A DNA stretch of 64,000 nt from Candidatus Enterousia sp. (lineage in GTDB: Bacteria > Pseudomonadota > Alphaproteobacteria > Rs-D84). Below are positions 47,904 through 58,400 of this stretch, piece after piece. The position numbers and the translations under genes are program-made. The stretch lies in the NCBI GenBank assembly GCA_045635825.1, contig JAZTWM010000001.1, forward strand, positions 52,358-116,357, read 5' to 3'. The stretch's first letter is position 1, and every line of letters begins with the position of its first letter. The notes below the pieces were generated by a model that had not been told where the DNA came from, searched no databases, and saw nothing but the letters and a program-made list of their open reading frames with translations.

Positions 47904-48200
47904 ATGGATATGGAATCATTAATGGCCCAGGCCCAGGCATTACAATCACGTGTTGCAGATGCCCAGGCACAACTGGATAAAACAATAATCAAAGGTATCG
48001 CTGATAACGGTGCATGCATTGTTGATATGACCGGTAAGTATGATATTCAAAAAATTACAATTCGCCCAGATGTTTTGGCATTGGGTGCAACTGCGGTTGA
48101 ACAGGTTGTTTTAACTGCATTGCGTGATGCCAAGGCCAAGGCAGATGTTCAAATAGACAAAGTTATGGGTGACGCAACATCTGGTGTGGCATTACCCTAA
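47904..48200 (+). CDS. ybaB: YbaB/EbfC family nucleoid-associated protein
   Basis: 98 aa; the MAQAQALQSRV..TGKYDIQKITIRPD pattern is typical of YbaB. Confidence 0.7.
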   Translation: MDMESLMAQAQALQSRVADAQAQLDKTIIKGIADNGACIVDMTGKYDIQKITIRPDVLALGATAVEQVVLTALRDAKAKADVQIDKVMGDATSGVALP

Positions 48201-48202
48201 TT

Positions 48203-48230
48203 AAAAAATCCCCCGTTTGGGGGATTTTTT
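48203..48230. terminator. bidirectional terminator AAAAAATCCCCCGTTTGGGGGATTTTTT
   Basis: Same terminator family; lies between convergent ybaB and the minus-strand membrane-protein gene. Confidence 0.6.
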
Positions 48231-48249
48231 AATGCTGTTTTATTCTGAT

Positions 48250-49281
48250 TTAAAACCATGTCCATGGTTGAAATACCTTTAACAATCCCAATGCTGTACG
48301 CTTGTCTGCGTATGTGTGACCGCATCTTGGACATACATTGAATGGCTTGATAATGGCTTTGACCTTGCCAAAAACCAAATGCCACAGATATATGCCTAAT
48401 GCCCATGTTGCAATTACCAGACCCCATGCAATATAGCCAAAATACTGGTCCACTGTGCGTGTAATAACGGTGATTGTTGTCACGTCAGATTTTGATAAAT
48501 CGTTATAGATTTTTGTCGCAACCGGCCATGAAGATGGACGCCATGGGTACACATGTTCAATCCCATAGTTGGTCAAGAATGTTGTACCCAAACCGCCAGT
48601 CTGTTTGTCCAGTGACTTTTTTATCGCCTCGTCCAGCATAGTGTCAACTTCGGCCTGTGCAACACGTGTCAGGCTGGTTTTAATTTTATCTAATTGTGCA
48701 TTGACCTTTTGTGCGGTGTTATCGACCTTGTCAATGGCGGTGTTTGCCTTGGCGATTGCGTTGTCTGCCTTGTCCAAGCCCTTATCCACAGATTCAACAG
48801 CCTTGTCCACCGCATCAGTTTTTACCCCAAACATTTTCGCAAAACCACTCAGTTTTTTAACGCCTGTTGTTTTTTCACGTGCTTCATTTGTTGCTTCTGC
48901 TGCCTGTGCTGTTTTTTCTTTTGCATTTGCGGTTGTGTCGGTCACTTTATCAACAGCGTTTTCTGCCAATTTTACACCGTCAATTGCTTTTGCAATTGGT
49001 TTTTCCAGATTAATTGAATCCGCAATACCATCTAACATTGCCTCATATTGCTTAACGATGCCTTTTTGCAGATCAAAGAACATAGATACAACAATAGATT
49101 TTTTTATTGGCTGTGAATAAGTGTTTTTTACATGTAATGGTGCCCAAATCAAGAATGCAAACCAGATAATTGTAAATATGGCGATTCCACGTTTTACGCC
49201 ACGTACCAAAGATTTCTTTTTTGCGACGGTTTTTGCACCGCCCATATCAATAACCTCAACTTCTTTTTTTTGTTTGGTCAT
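48250..49281 (-). CDS. membrane protein with repetitive coiled-coil/amphipathic central region and C-terminal zinc-ribbon-like CPRCGH
   Basis: N-terminal TM (IAIFTIIWFAFLIWAPL); central KAIDGVK/DKAVESVDKGLDKADNAIAKANTAIDKVDNTAQKV repeats; second TM; CPRCGH near the C-terminus. Confidence 0.4.
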   Translation of the reverse strand: MTKQKKEVEVIDMGGAKTVAKKKSLVRGVKRGIAIFTIIWFAFLIWAPLHVKNTYSQPIKKSIVVSMFFDLQKGIVKQYEAMLDGIADSINLEKPIAKAIDGVKLAENAVDKVTDTTANAKEKTAQAAEATNEAREKTTGVKKLSGFAKMFGVKTDAVDKAVESVDKGLDKADNAIAKANTAIDKVDNTAQKVNAQLDKIKTSLTRVAQAEVDTMLDEAIKKSLDKQTGGLGTTFLTNYGIEHVYPWRPSSWPVATKIYNDLSKSDVTTITVITRTVDQYFGYIAWGLVIATWALGIYLWHLVFGKVKAIIKPFNVCPRCGHTYADKRTALGLLKVFQPWTWF

Positions 49282-49342
49282 TAAAAACCCCTTTGATTGT
49301 TCAAAGGGATTTTAGACGATACCAGTCCATCATTTCAAGGTT

Positions 49343-49678
49343 TTATTTAATTTTGTCAAACTTTGCTTCTACAGATGTTGCCCTGACCATCTTATTAAAT
49401 GCGTCTATCTCTGTTTGTAATGTTTCGCGAATCTGATTAATCTGTGGGTACTGCAACGCTTGCAATTTCATGACTTCGCTAATGCTTTCTTTGTACAGGC
49501 AATATTCCGCCTCGCCACTATACATTACTGATAAATCTACCTCAGGAATCAGATTCCATTGTCTTGGAACCTTCTTATCTGCACGACAAACCAATAGATA
49601 GATATAGTCAAAAGGTCCCGAACGTTTATGCAGATTATCTAATATTAAATCATTGGTATTTGCTTTAACCAGTTTCAT
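49343..49678 (-). CDS. hypothetical protein
   Basis: 111 aa; abuts the tgt stop; no recognised motif. Confidence 0.35.
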   Translation of the reverse strand: MKLVKANTNDLILDNLHKRSGPFDYIYLLVCRADKKVPRQWNLIPEVDLSVMYSGEAEYCLYKESISEVMKLQALQYPQINQIRETLQTEIDAFNKMVRATSVEAKFDKIK

Positions 49679-50797
<1,119 letters not shown>

Positions 50798-50917
50798 TCA
50801 ATCCTTTATCGTGTTGCCTGCACTGGATACAGCATTTGCGTCTTGCTTCAGTGCATCTCTGCCTGCTGCGACCGCTACAACCGGTGCCAGCATATCATTG
50901 AGACTTTTTTGTGTGTT

Positions 50918-52204
50918 TTATTTTTTGCACGGTTTAAAGTTTTCCTGCCATATGGCTGCTAAATCTGCTTTAAAGTCCGCCCCCTGGGTCACGATGGACA
51001 TTGGCCCATCAAAGAACCCACGTGAATACTTCTGGACATCTTGTGGTGTTATTTTGTGAACTTGTTCCGTCACCCAGTCATATTCATACAGTTGTTTATG
51101 ATGTCTGTAAAATCCAACCAATTTATCACAGCGTTGGGTTGCAGATTCTTTAAAGTCTGCTTCGCCCAATGCGTCTTTGCGATTGTATCTATCCAAATCA
51201 TCTTCCGTAATTCCTAGATTATTATAAATATCATACGCATTTTGTGCGATTAACTGAACAACGCGTTCTATGTTGGCGGCTGATGTTTCTGTTGCAAAAC
51301 CATTCCAAAAATGACGTTCATTTCCGGTATTAAAGCCACCAAAACCATACACCAGCCCATTGTCCTGACGTAATACATTTGCGATTTGCTTGTTTATGTA
51401 CCGTTCAAATCGTCCAACAGATAAATTATTAAAATAATAATCCATTGTAAACGGCCAAATATCCGGGAATATTATACGCAGGCGCACATTTTTTTGTTCT
51501 GGTTTTAGGTTATGAATAACGCACGGTGTGTATAGAATGTCTGTATTTGCGGTAACATCGTGTGTTGGCAGGAAAGAAAACACCTGTTCGATATGTTTCA
51601 GTGTTTTATCCATATCTGCTATTTTCCCAGACACACAAATAATACAGTTTTTTGCTGACAATCTGCGGGAAATAAATTCCAGCATTTGTTCACGTGTAAA
51701 CGACATAATTGTTTCAATAGATCCCAGTGTTCTCAGCGAAGAAATCCCCCAGTTAAAAACATGTTCAGCCATAAAAGAATTAAATTGTCTGTTTGGGTCA
51801 TCTTGTGCGCGTCTCAGTTCGTCGCAAACAACCTTGCGTTCAATTTCAATCTTTTTCGGGTCAAACAGTGAATTTTGCAGTTGGTCACCCAAGAAACTGA
51901 TTAACAAATGTGCATTCTCTGCCACAATTCGACCATAGAACGCCAATGAACTAATAGATGTTGACGCGTTGCGCCATCCCCCGTGATAGTCCATATGGTT
52001 ATCTATCGCTACCTTGTTCGGGAAAGATGTGGTGCCTTTGCACAACATATGTTCGCAAAAGTGTGTCAGGCCTAATTCATTTTCTGCCTCGTCGCGTGAA
52101 CCGGTATTAAAAAAGACCTTAACCGTTGTTGTCACTAAATCCATCGGGTCTAAAATAACGGTCAAACCGCTGGGCAATATATGCAATATTGGGTTGAATA
52201 TCAT
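50918..52204 (-). CDS. M16 (pitrilysin/insulinase) family zinc peptidase
   Basis: HFCEHMLCKG is the inverted HxxEH zinc motif; 428 aa. Confidence 0.7.
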   Translation of the reverse strand: MIFNPILHILPSGLTVILDPMDLVTTTVKVFFNTGSRDEAENELGLTHFCEHMLCKGTTSFPNKVAIDNHMDYHGGWRNASTSISSLAFYGRIVAENAHLLISFLGDQLQNSLFDPKKIEIERKVVCDELRRAQDDPNRQFNSFMAEHVFNWGISSLRTLGSIETIMSFTREQMLEFISRRLSAKNCIICVSGKIADMDKTLKHIEQVFSFLPTHDVTANTDILYTPCVIHNLKPEQKNVRLRIIFPDIWPFTMDYYFNNLSVGRFERYINKQIANVLRQDNGLVYGFGGFNTGNERHFWNGFATETSAANIERVVQLIAQNAYDIYNNLGITEDDLDRYNRKDALGEADFKESATQRCDKLVGFYRHHKQLYEYDWVTEQVHKITPQDVQKYSRGFFDGPMSIVTQGADFKADLAAIWQENFKPCKK

Positions 52205-52207
52205 CTT

Positions 52208-53233
52208 TTAGACCTCTTTTTTGAACAATAAACAGCAATCCCCATAACTAAAAAATCTGTATTTTTCTGCAACTGCATGTGCGTATGCCGCCTTCATTTC
52301 ATCCAGTCCTGCAAACGCAGATACCAACATAAACAATGTTGATTTTGGTAAATGGAAGTTGGTCAGCAATACATCTGCAACATTAAATGTGTACCCTGGG
52401 GTGATAAAAATGTCTGTTGTTGAACAAAATGGTGCAACACGTGGATATTTTGCTTTGTCTGTGTTACGAATTGCCGCACTTTCCAGCAGTCTCAAAGATG
52501 TTGTCCCAACCACAATAACACGCTTCGCCTTGTTTATCTTATCTGCTTGTTCTTCGGTAATACACCCCCATTCACTGTGCATTTTATGGTGTCTCAGGTC
52601 TTCTACCTTGACCGGTAACCATGTCCCCGCCCCAACATGCAGGGTAATGTTTACAATTTGCGCGCCACGTTCCTGAATTTGTTCCAGCAATTCTGGTGTA
52701 AAGTGCAAACCGGCCGTTGGTGCGGCCATTGACCCCAAAGGCTTGGAATATACTGTCTGGTATCTTTCCTGGTCGGCTAATTCTGCCTCACGCTTCATAT
52801 ATGGGGGCAGGGGCATTTTTCCAACCGCATTCAGTGTTTCAAATACATTGTCACACAAAAACTCCAGTTTTAATCCGCTGTCATCATCATGTGCCAAAAC
52901 ACGAATCTGGTCACCATTATCCAATGTTAAGATTGTGCCATCTGGGATTTTATTAAACTTTTTACACAGTCCCCACCAAATCTTGTCATCAACTGCGGTG
53001 TGCAGGGTAATTTCATGTTTGCCGTCCGCCATAAATCGTGCTGGAATAACACGTGAATTGTTGAATACGACAACGTCGCCCGCCTGCAGATAATCCACAA
53101 AATCACGAACATTTTTGTCGTTTTGGACATCACCATTTACAACCAGCATACGCGACGCATCGCGTCTGTCCAGTGGTCGTGACGCAATCAGTTCGCTTGG
53201 CAATTCATAATCAAAATCAGATAGGTGTAACAT
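52208..53233 (-). CDS. queA: S-adenosylmethionine:tRNA ribosyltransferase-isomerase
   Basis: N-terminal LSDFDYELP..IA..P...RD.SR.LVV; 341 aa. Confidence 0.9.
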   Translation of the reverse strand: MLHLSDFDYELPSELIASRPLDRRDASRMLVVNGDVQNDKNVRDFVDYLQAGDVVVFNNSRVIPARFMADGKHEITLHTAVDDKIWWGLCKKFNKIPDGTILTLDNGDQIRVLAHDDDSGLKLEFLCDNVFETLNAVGKMPLPPYMKREAELADQERYQTVYSKPLGSMAAPTAGLHFTPELLEQIQERGAQIVNITLHVGAGTWLPVKVEDLRHHKMHSEWGCITEEQADKINKAKRVIVVGTTSLRLLESAAIRNTDKAKYPRVAPFCSTTDIFITPGYTFNVADVLLTNFHLPKSTLFMLVSAFAGLDEMKAAYAHAVAEKYRFFSYGDCCLLFKKEV

Positions 53234-53242
53234 TTATGTCTT

Positions 53243-53632
53243 TTATCTTTGCTTTTCCTGACCCCATCTGTCGCGCAATAGATTTATTTGGTGTTGCTGG
53301 TGCAACTCTTCAAGTGTGCGACCATTTACGTCAACTATATGACTATTGGCAAATCTTGGTGCCACAGTCAAAGAAACCTTATCTTTATCTTTTGTTTTGT
53401 ATCGTATTGTATCACCAACTGACACATAGTCAGGGAAATGGGTATCCATTATAGTCATTTGTCTATCTGCCAGACCATCCCCATCCATGTCCAAGATGCA
53501 TGCAGTCGCTGTTCTGACTACGCGCATATCAATAATTACGCCTTGATCTGTTTCAAGTTCTTTGTGTGTACACCCCAACATCATGCCCGCACCCGATAAT
53601 GTTAAAATCACTTTTTTATAAAAATTCATCAT
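53243..53632 (-). CDS. lipoprotein, hypothetical
   Basis: Signal peptide with lipobox MMLGCTH. Confidence 0.45.
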   Translation of the reverse strand: MMNFYKKVILTLSGAGMMLGCTHKELETDQGVIIDMRVVRTATACILDMDGDGLADRQMTIMDTHFPDYVSVGDTIRYKTKDKDKVSLTVAPRFANSHIVDVNGRTLEELHQQHQINLLRDRWGQEKQR

Positions 53633-53641
53633 ACAACCTCT

Positions 53642-54538
53642 TTACTTCTTAAACTCTAACCCTTGGTCGGTATAGTTTTCGGCCTTGTCTTCCCAATCTG
53701 GTTCAACGCGTACAAACAGGTGCAGTCGTGCATTTACACCCCATTGATTCTGGATGTCATGACGGGCGGCGGTGCCGATTTGTTTCAATTGTGCACCACC
53801 ACGACCAACAACAATCTTTTTGTGTCCGTCATTGCGAACTGCAATTTTTTGGTAAATATCCAAGACGCCTTCTGCATCAACATCAACACGTTCGGTCACA
53901 ACATTTATGTGATAAGGCAATTCTTGGTGAATATATCTGTAAATCTTTTCACGTGTCAATTCTGCCAAATACAATTCGTCTGGCACATCTGGTGCATCAA
54001 CTGTATCAAATAAATATGGGCTTTCCGGCATAACATCGGCCAATGCATCCAACATCTTGACCACACCATCATTTTTCAGTGCCGAAACCATAAAGATTTC
54101 ACGCCATGGTGCCATTTGCGAGATTTCTGCAACCATTGGCAACAGGTCTAATTTTGCAATCGCATCGACCTTGTTCAATGCGACAAAGATGTTTGGCCTG
54201 TCTTTGATTTTTTCTGCCAATGCACGAATTGTTTCTGTGATACCCTTTTGTGCATCCACCAACAGCAGTATTGCATCTGCGTCGCTGACGGCATCCATGG
54301 CGGCTGCAACCATTGCACGATCCAGACGGCGTGAAGGCTTAAAAACACCTGGTGTATCAACAAAGATTAACTGCTTATTGCCAACCATTTTAACGGCACG
54401 CAGACGTGTTCGTGTTGTTTGCACTTTGTGTGAAACAATGGACACTTTGCGTCCCATAATCTGGTTTAACAATGTACTTTTGCCTGCGTTTGTTGGGCCG
54501 ATAATGGCAACAAAGCCCGAATATGTTTTTTCTGTCAT
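53642..54538 (-). CDS. era: GTPase Era
   Basis: GPTNAGKSTLLN (G1), DTPG (G3), NKVD (G4), C-terminal KH domain; start trimmed to MTEKTYSGF. Confidence 0.9.
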   Translation of the reverse strand: MTEKTYSGFVAIIGPTNAGKSTLLNQIMGRKVSIVSHKVQTTRTRLRAVKMVGNKQLIFVDTPGVFKPSRRLDRAMVAAAMDAVSDADAILLLVDAQKGITETIRALAEKIKDRPNIFVALNKVDAIAKLDLLPMVAEISQMAPWREIFMVSALKNDGVVKMLDALADVMPESPYLFDTVDAPDVPDELYLAELTREKIYRYIHQELPYHINVVTERVDVDAEGVLDIYQKIAVRNDGHKKIVVGRGGAQLKQIGTAARHDIQNQWGVNARLHLFVRVEPDWEDKAENYTDQGLEFKK

Positions 54539-54650
54539 GACAAAAACCATAGCACACCAAATCCAAAAGTGAACAAAAAACTTGCAAAAAACTACTAAAT
54601 ATACTAAAAAGGTGATGGTGTAGGCGGGCGAACATAAAAAGGATAAAAAT

Positions 54651-55367
54651 ATGCAACTGACCGGTCCCGAAATCCTGTGCCGTATGCAGGATAAACCAAA
54701 CCCAGATATTGTAATCAAACCATTTAATATGAAATGCCTTGGGTCAAACAGTTATGATTTGCACCTGGCCGACACCCTGCGTGTATATGAACACACAATC
54801 CCAAAAGGTATGAAGCCTGCAATTGAATACAAGGGCGACCCCTGTCTGCACAGCATGGCAGATTGGTTTACGGACGATTATGCATATCGTAATTTTTGCC
54901 AATATCCGCAACACTATGATATTCGCAATCCACGTTATACATTGGATCCAACAAATGCATTTCATCATAAAACAGTTGATATTAAAATCCCAAAGTCGGG
55001 TCTGATTTTATCCCCTGATGTGGGTTATCTGGGGTCAACAGTTGAATATACAGAAACGCGCAACCTGTTCCCGTACATTGACGGTAAATCCAGTGTTGGA
55101 CGTAATTTTATCTTAAATCATCACACAGCCGGTCGTGGTGATGACGGTTTCTGTGGTGAATGGACATTGGAAATTCGTGTTTTATATCCAACTGTTGTAT
55201 ATCCAAACATGCGTATTGGCCAGATTTATTATGAAGAGTTTACCGGTGACCGCATGCCCTACAATGAAAATCCGCACAGTCATTATAACGGCCAGCGTGG
55301 ACCAACTGCCGCCGCTGTAATTCCTGTGGATGACTTTATTATTTCTAATAAAGTAAAGCAAAGATAA
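54651..55367 (+). CDS. dcd: dCTP deaminase family protein (extended, 238 aa)
   Basis: LTGPEI..I.PF......GSNSYDL is the dUTPase-fold dCTP deaminase N-terminus; ~45 aa longer than E. coli Dcd. Confidence 0.6.
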   Translation: MQLTGPEILCRMQDKPNPDIVIKPFNMKCLGSNSYDLHLADTLRVYEHTIPKGMKPAIEYKGDPCLHSMADWFTDDYAYRNFCQYPQHYDIRNPRYTLDPTNAFHHKTVDIKIPKSGLILSPDVGYLGSTVEYTETRNLFPYIDGKSSVGRNFILNHHTAGRGDDGFCGEWTLEIRVLYPTVVYPNMRIGQIYYEEFTGDRMPYNENPHSHYNGQRGPTAAAVIPVDDFIISNKVKQR

Positions 55368-55370
55368 ACT

Positions 55371-55398
55371 AAATCCCACCATTGCGTGGGATTTTATT
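55371..55398. terminator. terminator AAATCCCACC-ATTGC-GTGGGATTTTATTT
   Basis: Stem TCCCAC/GTGGGA plus T-tract downstream of dcd. Confidence 0.5.
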
Positions 55399-55454
55399 TG
55401 CTTTTTTGACATGTAACATATACAATCAGCATAACATAACAAAGGGGAAGCATT

Positions 55455-55994
55455 ATGTGGACAGTTATTGCAGTTATTGCAGTTTTATTATTATATTTCA
55501 TTGCCATCTATAACGGATTGGTTGCCCGCCGTAATCAGGCGCGTGAAGCATGGGCCACAATCGATTCCCAGTTAAAACGCCGATATGATTTAATTCCTAA
55601 TTTGATTGAAACTGTTCGTGGTGCGGCAAAACATGAAAGTGAAACCTTGTCTGCTGTCACAAATGCCCGTAATGTTGCGATGGGCGAACAGGGGCCTGCA
55701 TCGGCTGATGCACAAAACAAATTAAGTCAGACGTTAAAAAGTCTGTTTGCGGTTGCTGAAAATTACCCAGATTTAAAGGCAAACCAAAACTTCTTGGAAT
55801 TGCAACGTGAATTAACGGACACAGAAACCAAGATTCAATCTGCACGCCAGTTTTATAATACGGTTGTCATGGCATTGAATACCCAGATTGAACAATTTCC
55901 ATCTTGTATAATTGCCAGCATGTTTGGCATAACACCTGAAAAGATGTTTGAAATTGACGATGCAGAAAAGGTCGCCCCAAAGGTTAAGTTTTAA
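55455..55994 (+). CDS. lemA: LemA family protein
   Basis: N-terminal TM plus YNGLVARRNQAREAWATIDSQLKRRYDLIPNL signature. Confidence 0.85.
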   Translation: MWTVIAVIAVLLLYFIAIYNGLVARRNQAREAWATIDSQLKRRYDLIPNLIETVRGAAKHESETLSAVTNARNVAMGEQGPASADAQNKLSQTLKSLFAVAENYPDLKANQNFLELQRELTDTETKIQSARQFYNTVVMALNTQIEQFPSCIIASMFGITPEKMFEIDDAEKVAPKVKF

Positions 55995-56860
55995 TGTCAC
56001 AAAATAATGTGCAAGATTTTTCGTTGCATACACATACCGTCGGTTTTGACGGACGCAGTACAGTTGCCGAAATGGCATCACGTGCAAAAGATTTGGATAT
56101 GTCACTAATTGGCATATCCAATCATTTTATTGTGCATCCAGATGTGAAAAAAGCACATTTTTATCCACACGCTGTTCGTGGCGGATACGATAATATATAC
56201 CAATCATCATTTGTGGATGTTTTGGCGAAATATCGTGAACATTATGATGAAATTGATCGTGTTGCATGGGATATGCATATGCCAATCCTGCGTGGGATAG
56301 AGGTTGACTATTTTGACAACTATAACTGGCATCAGGGGATTGAATATGCAATAAAGGTGCTAAAGCCAGACTATGTTATTGGTGCATGTCATTTAATTGA
56401 ATACAACGGTCGTCTGTGCAATGTCCACGATATTAAAACCGCCCCTCAGCCCGATAGGGATAAAATGCTATCTCTATATTGGCACAAGGTTGCACGTGCC
56501 GCCAAGTCAGGATTATTTACATTCATGGCACATCTTGATTTGCCTAAAAAGGTTAAGGTTGGCAATGAATTAAAGTGGCGTGATATTGAAAGCCAGGTCG
56601 TTGACACAATCGCACAAACCAAAACAGGGATAGAGATTAATACCAGTGGTGTTGAACGTATGGGGGCATCGTATCCCGGTCCACATATTTTAAATTGCAT
56701 TGCCAAAACCGATATACCTGTTTTAATCAGCGATGATGCACATCAGGCATCACAAATTGGCCGTCACTTTGCAGATACCGAAGAAATAATCCGCCAATAT
56801 GGCATAAAAAACCGATTAACCCTGCAGAAAATACTTGCTTTTTCAAACAAAACACTATAA
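55994..56860 (+). CDS. PHP-domain (histidinol-phosphatase-like) phosphoesterase
   Basis: FSLHTHTVGFDG is the PHP motif I; TAATG-coupled to lemA. Confidence 0.55.
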   Translation: MSQNNVQDFSLHTHTVGFDGRSTVAEMASRAKDLDMSLIGISNHFIVHPDVKKAHFYPHAVRGGYDNIYQSSFVDVLAKYREHYDEIDRVAWDMHMPILRGIEVDYFDNYNWHQGIEYAIKVLKPDYVIGACHLIEYNGRLCNVHDIKTAPQPDRDKMLSLYWHKVARAAKSGLFTFMAHLDLPKKVKVGNELKWRDIESQVVDTIAQTKTGIEINTSGVERMGASYPGPHILNCIAKTDIPVLISDDAHQASQIGRHFADTEEIIRQYGIKNRLTLQKILAFSNKTL

Positions 56861-56988
56861 ACTGTGACCCGCTGGGTAATCAGAACTGATTAAACAACGG
56901 TGCTTTTTTTGGTCCCGTTTGTGATAAGGATTCTGTTCTTGGTTATAAAACCTGGCACCTAAAAAACCAAAAATAAAAGGATAAAACA

Positions 56989-57621
56989 ATGGCAAGAGCA
57001 GGTGCAAAACGTAGCACACGCAAACTGAAGATTGGACGTTCCTTGGGCGTCAATCTGTGGGGTCAGGCTAAATCCCCATTTAACAAACGTAAATACAAAC
57101 CTGGTCAGCATGGCCCAACATCTCGTGGTGGTAATTCTTCTGATTACGCAAAACAGATGCGCGCTAAGCAGACTTTGAAGGGTTACTATGGCAACATCGG
57201 CGAAAAGAAGTTCCGTGCATATTATCTGGAAGCCAACAATATGAAGGGCGACACCCCAGAAAACTTGATTGGTTTGTTGGAACGCCGTTTGGATGCAGTT
57301 GTATATCGTGCAAAATTGGCACCAACTGTATTCTCTTCACGTCAGTTGATTAGCCATGGCCACATCAACGTTAATGGCAAACGTGTTAAGATTGCATCAT
57401 ATCAGGTAAAACCAGGTGATGTTATCACAGTCAGTGAAAAAGCAAAACAGATGCCATTGGTCGTTTTGGCATTGGAATCTGCAGAACGCAACTTTGCAGA
57501 CTATGTTTCTGTTGACAGTGCAAACTTCACAGCAACATTTGTACGTGTACCTGCGTTCGAAGACGTACCATATCCTGTTCAAATGTTCCCAGAATTGGTC
57601 GTCGAATTCTATTCTCGTTAA
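56989..57621 (+). CDS. rpsD: 30S ribosomal protein S4
   Basis: [25 protein letters not shown]..; 210 aa with a C-terminal S4 domain. Confidence 0.9.
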   Translation: MARAGAKRSTRKLKIGRSLGVNLWGQAKSPFNKRKYKPGQHGPTSRGGNSSDYAKQMRAKQTLKGYYGNIGEKKFRAYYLEANNMKGDTPENLIGLLERRLDAVVYRAKLAPTVFSSRQLISHGHINVNGKRVKIASYQVKPGDVITVSEKAKQMPLVVLALESAERNFADYVSVDSANFTATFVRVPAFEDVPYPVQMFPELVVEFYSR

Positions 57622-57643
57622 TAAAAATAACGATATGGAAATT

Positions 57644-57676
57644 AAATCCCCCCCATTTGGTGGGGGATTTTTTTAT
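57644..57676. terminator. terminator AAATCCCCCCC-ATTTGGT-GGGGGATTTTTTT downstream of rpsD
   Basis: Same terminator family. Confidence 0.6.
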
Positions 57677-57851
57677 AAAAAACACGTTTTTTTGCATTTT
57701 TAATGCATGAATATTGCAAAAAACAGGGATTTTTTAATTATTGTCTTGACTTAAACCGCAGATTTCTCTACGATTCGGGTAAGCAGTACAAGGATTGTCC
57801 ATTGGAACTGCGGGACACCTTATAATATCAATTCTATGAAAGGAGAAACCT

Positions 57852-58124
57852 ATGAACAAACAGCAATTGATTGAAGCAATCGCAAACGAAGTTGATGTAA
57901 CCAAAGCAACAGCAGCAGCATGCTTGGATGCATTCATCAACACAGTTACAAAAGTTTTGAAAAAGAAAGGCGAAGTTCGCTTGGTTGGTTTCGGTACATT
58001 TGCAACTGCAAAACGCAAAGCAACAACAGGCCGCAACCCACAGACAGGTGCAGAAATCAAAATCCCTGCATCTACTCAGCCTAAGTTCAAACCAGGTAAG
58101 GCTTTGAAAGAAGCTTTGAACTAA
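57852..58124 (+). CDS. hup: DNA-binding protein HU
   Basis: MNKQQLIEAIA..GFGTF..R.ARTGRNPQTG..I.I.A...P.FK.GK.LK; 90 aa. Confidence 0.9.
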   Translation: MNKQQLIEAIANEVDVTKATAAACLDAFINTVTKVLKKKGEVRLVGFGTFATAKRKATTGRNPQTGAEIKIPASTQPKFKPGKALKEALN

Positions 58125-58400
58125 ATCTGTTCAAAAGATGATATACCAAGGTCCCCCAATCGGGGGCCTTTATTATTCTCTTGATTTTAGATAAAACTGC
58201 ACTATCATAATACAGCGAGAATGTTTGGATAGCATATATCCAATTATGGATTTATCCCTGTATTTTTATTATAATAAATAAAGTATAGTGGGGTATGGTC
58301 GTGCGACCACAGGATTCACTACGGATAAAGATGGCATAAATCTTTATTGGCAATGAATTTGGTGGTCGTACAAATGTGAAACATTAAAAAAGGAATATAA

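Noticed and set aside
58150-58400. Searched this and other long gaps for SRP RNA, RNase P RNA, 6S or tmRNA signatures
   Set aside because: Conserved SRP (GGAAGCAGCC-like) and RNase P (AGTCCGG-like) motifs were not found.
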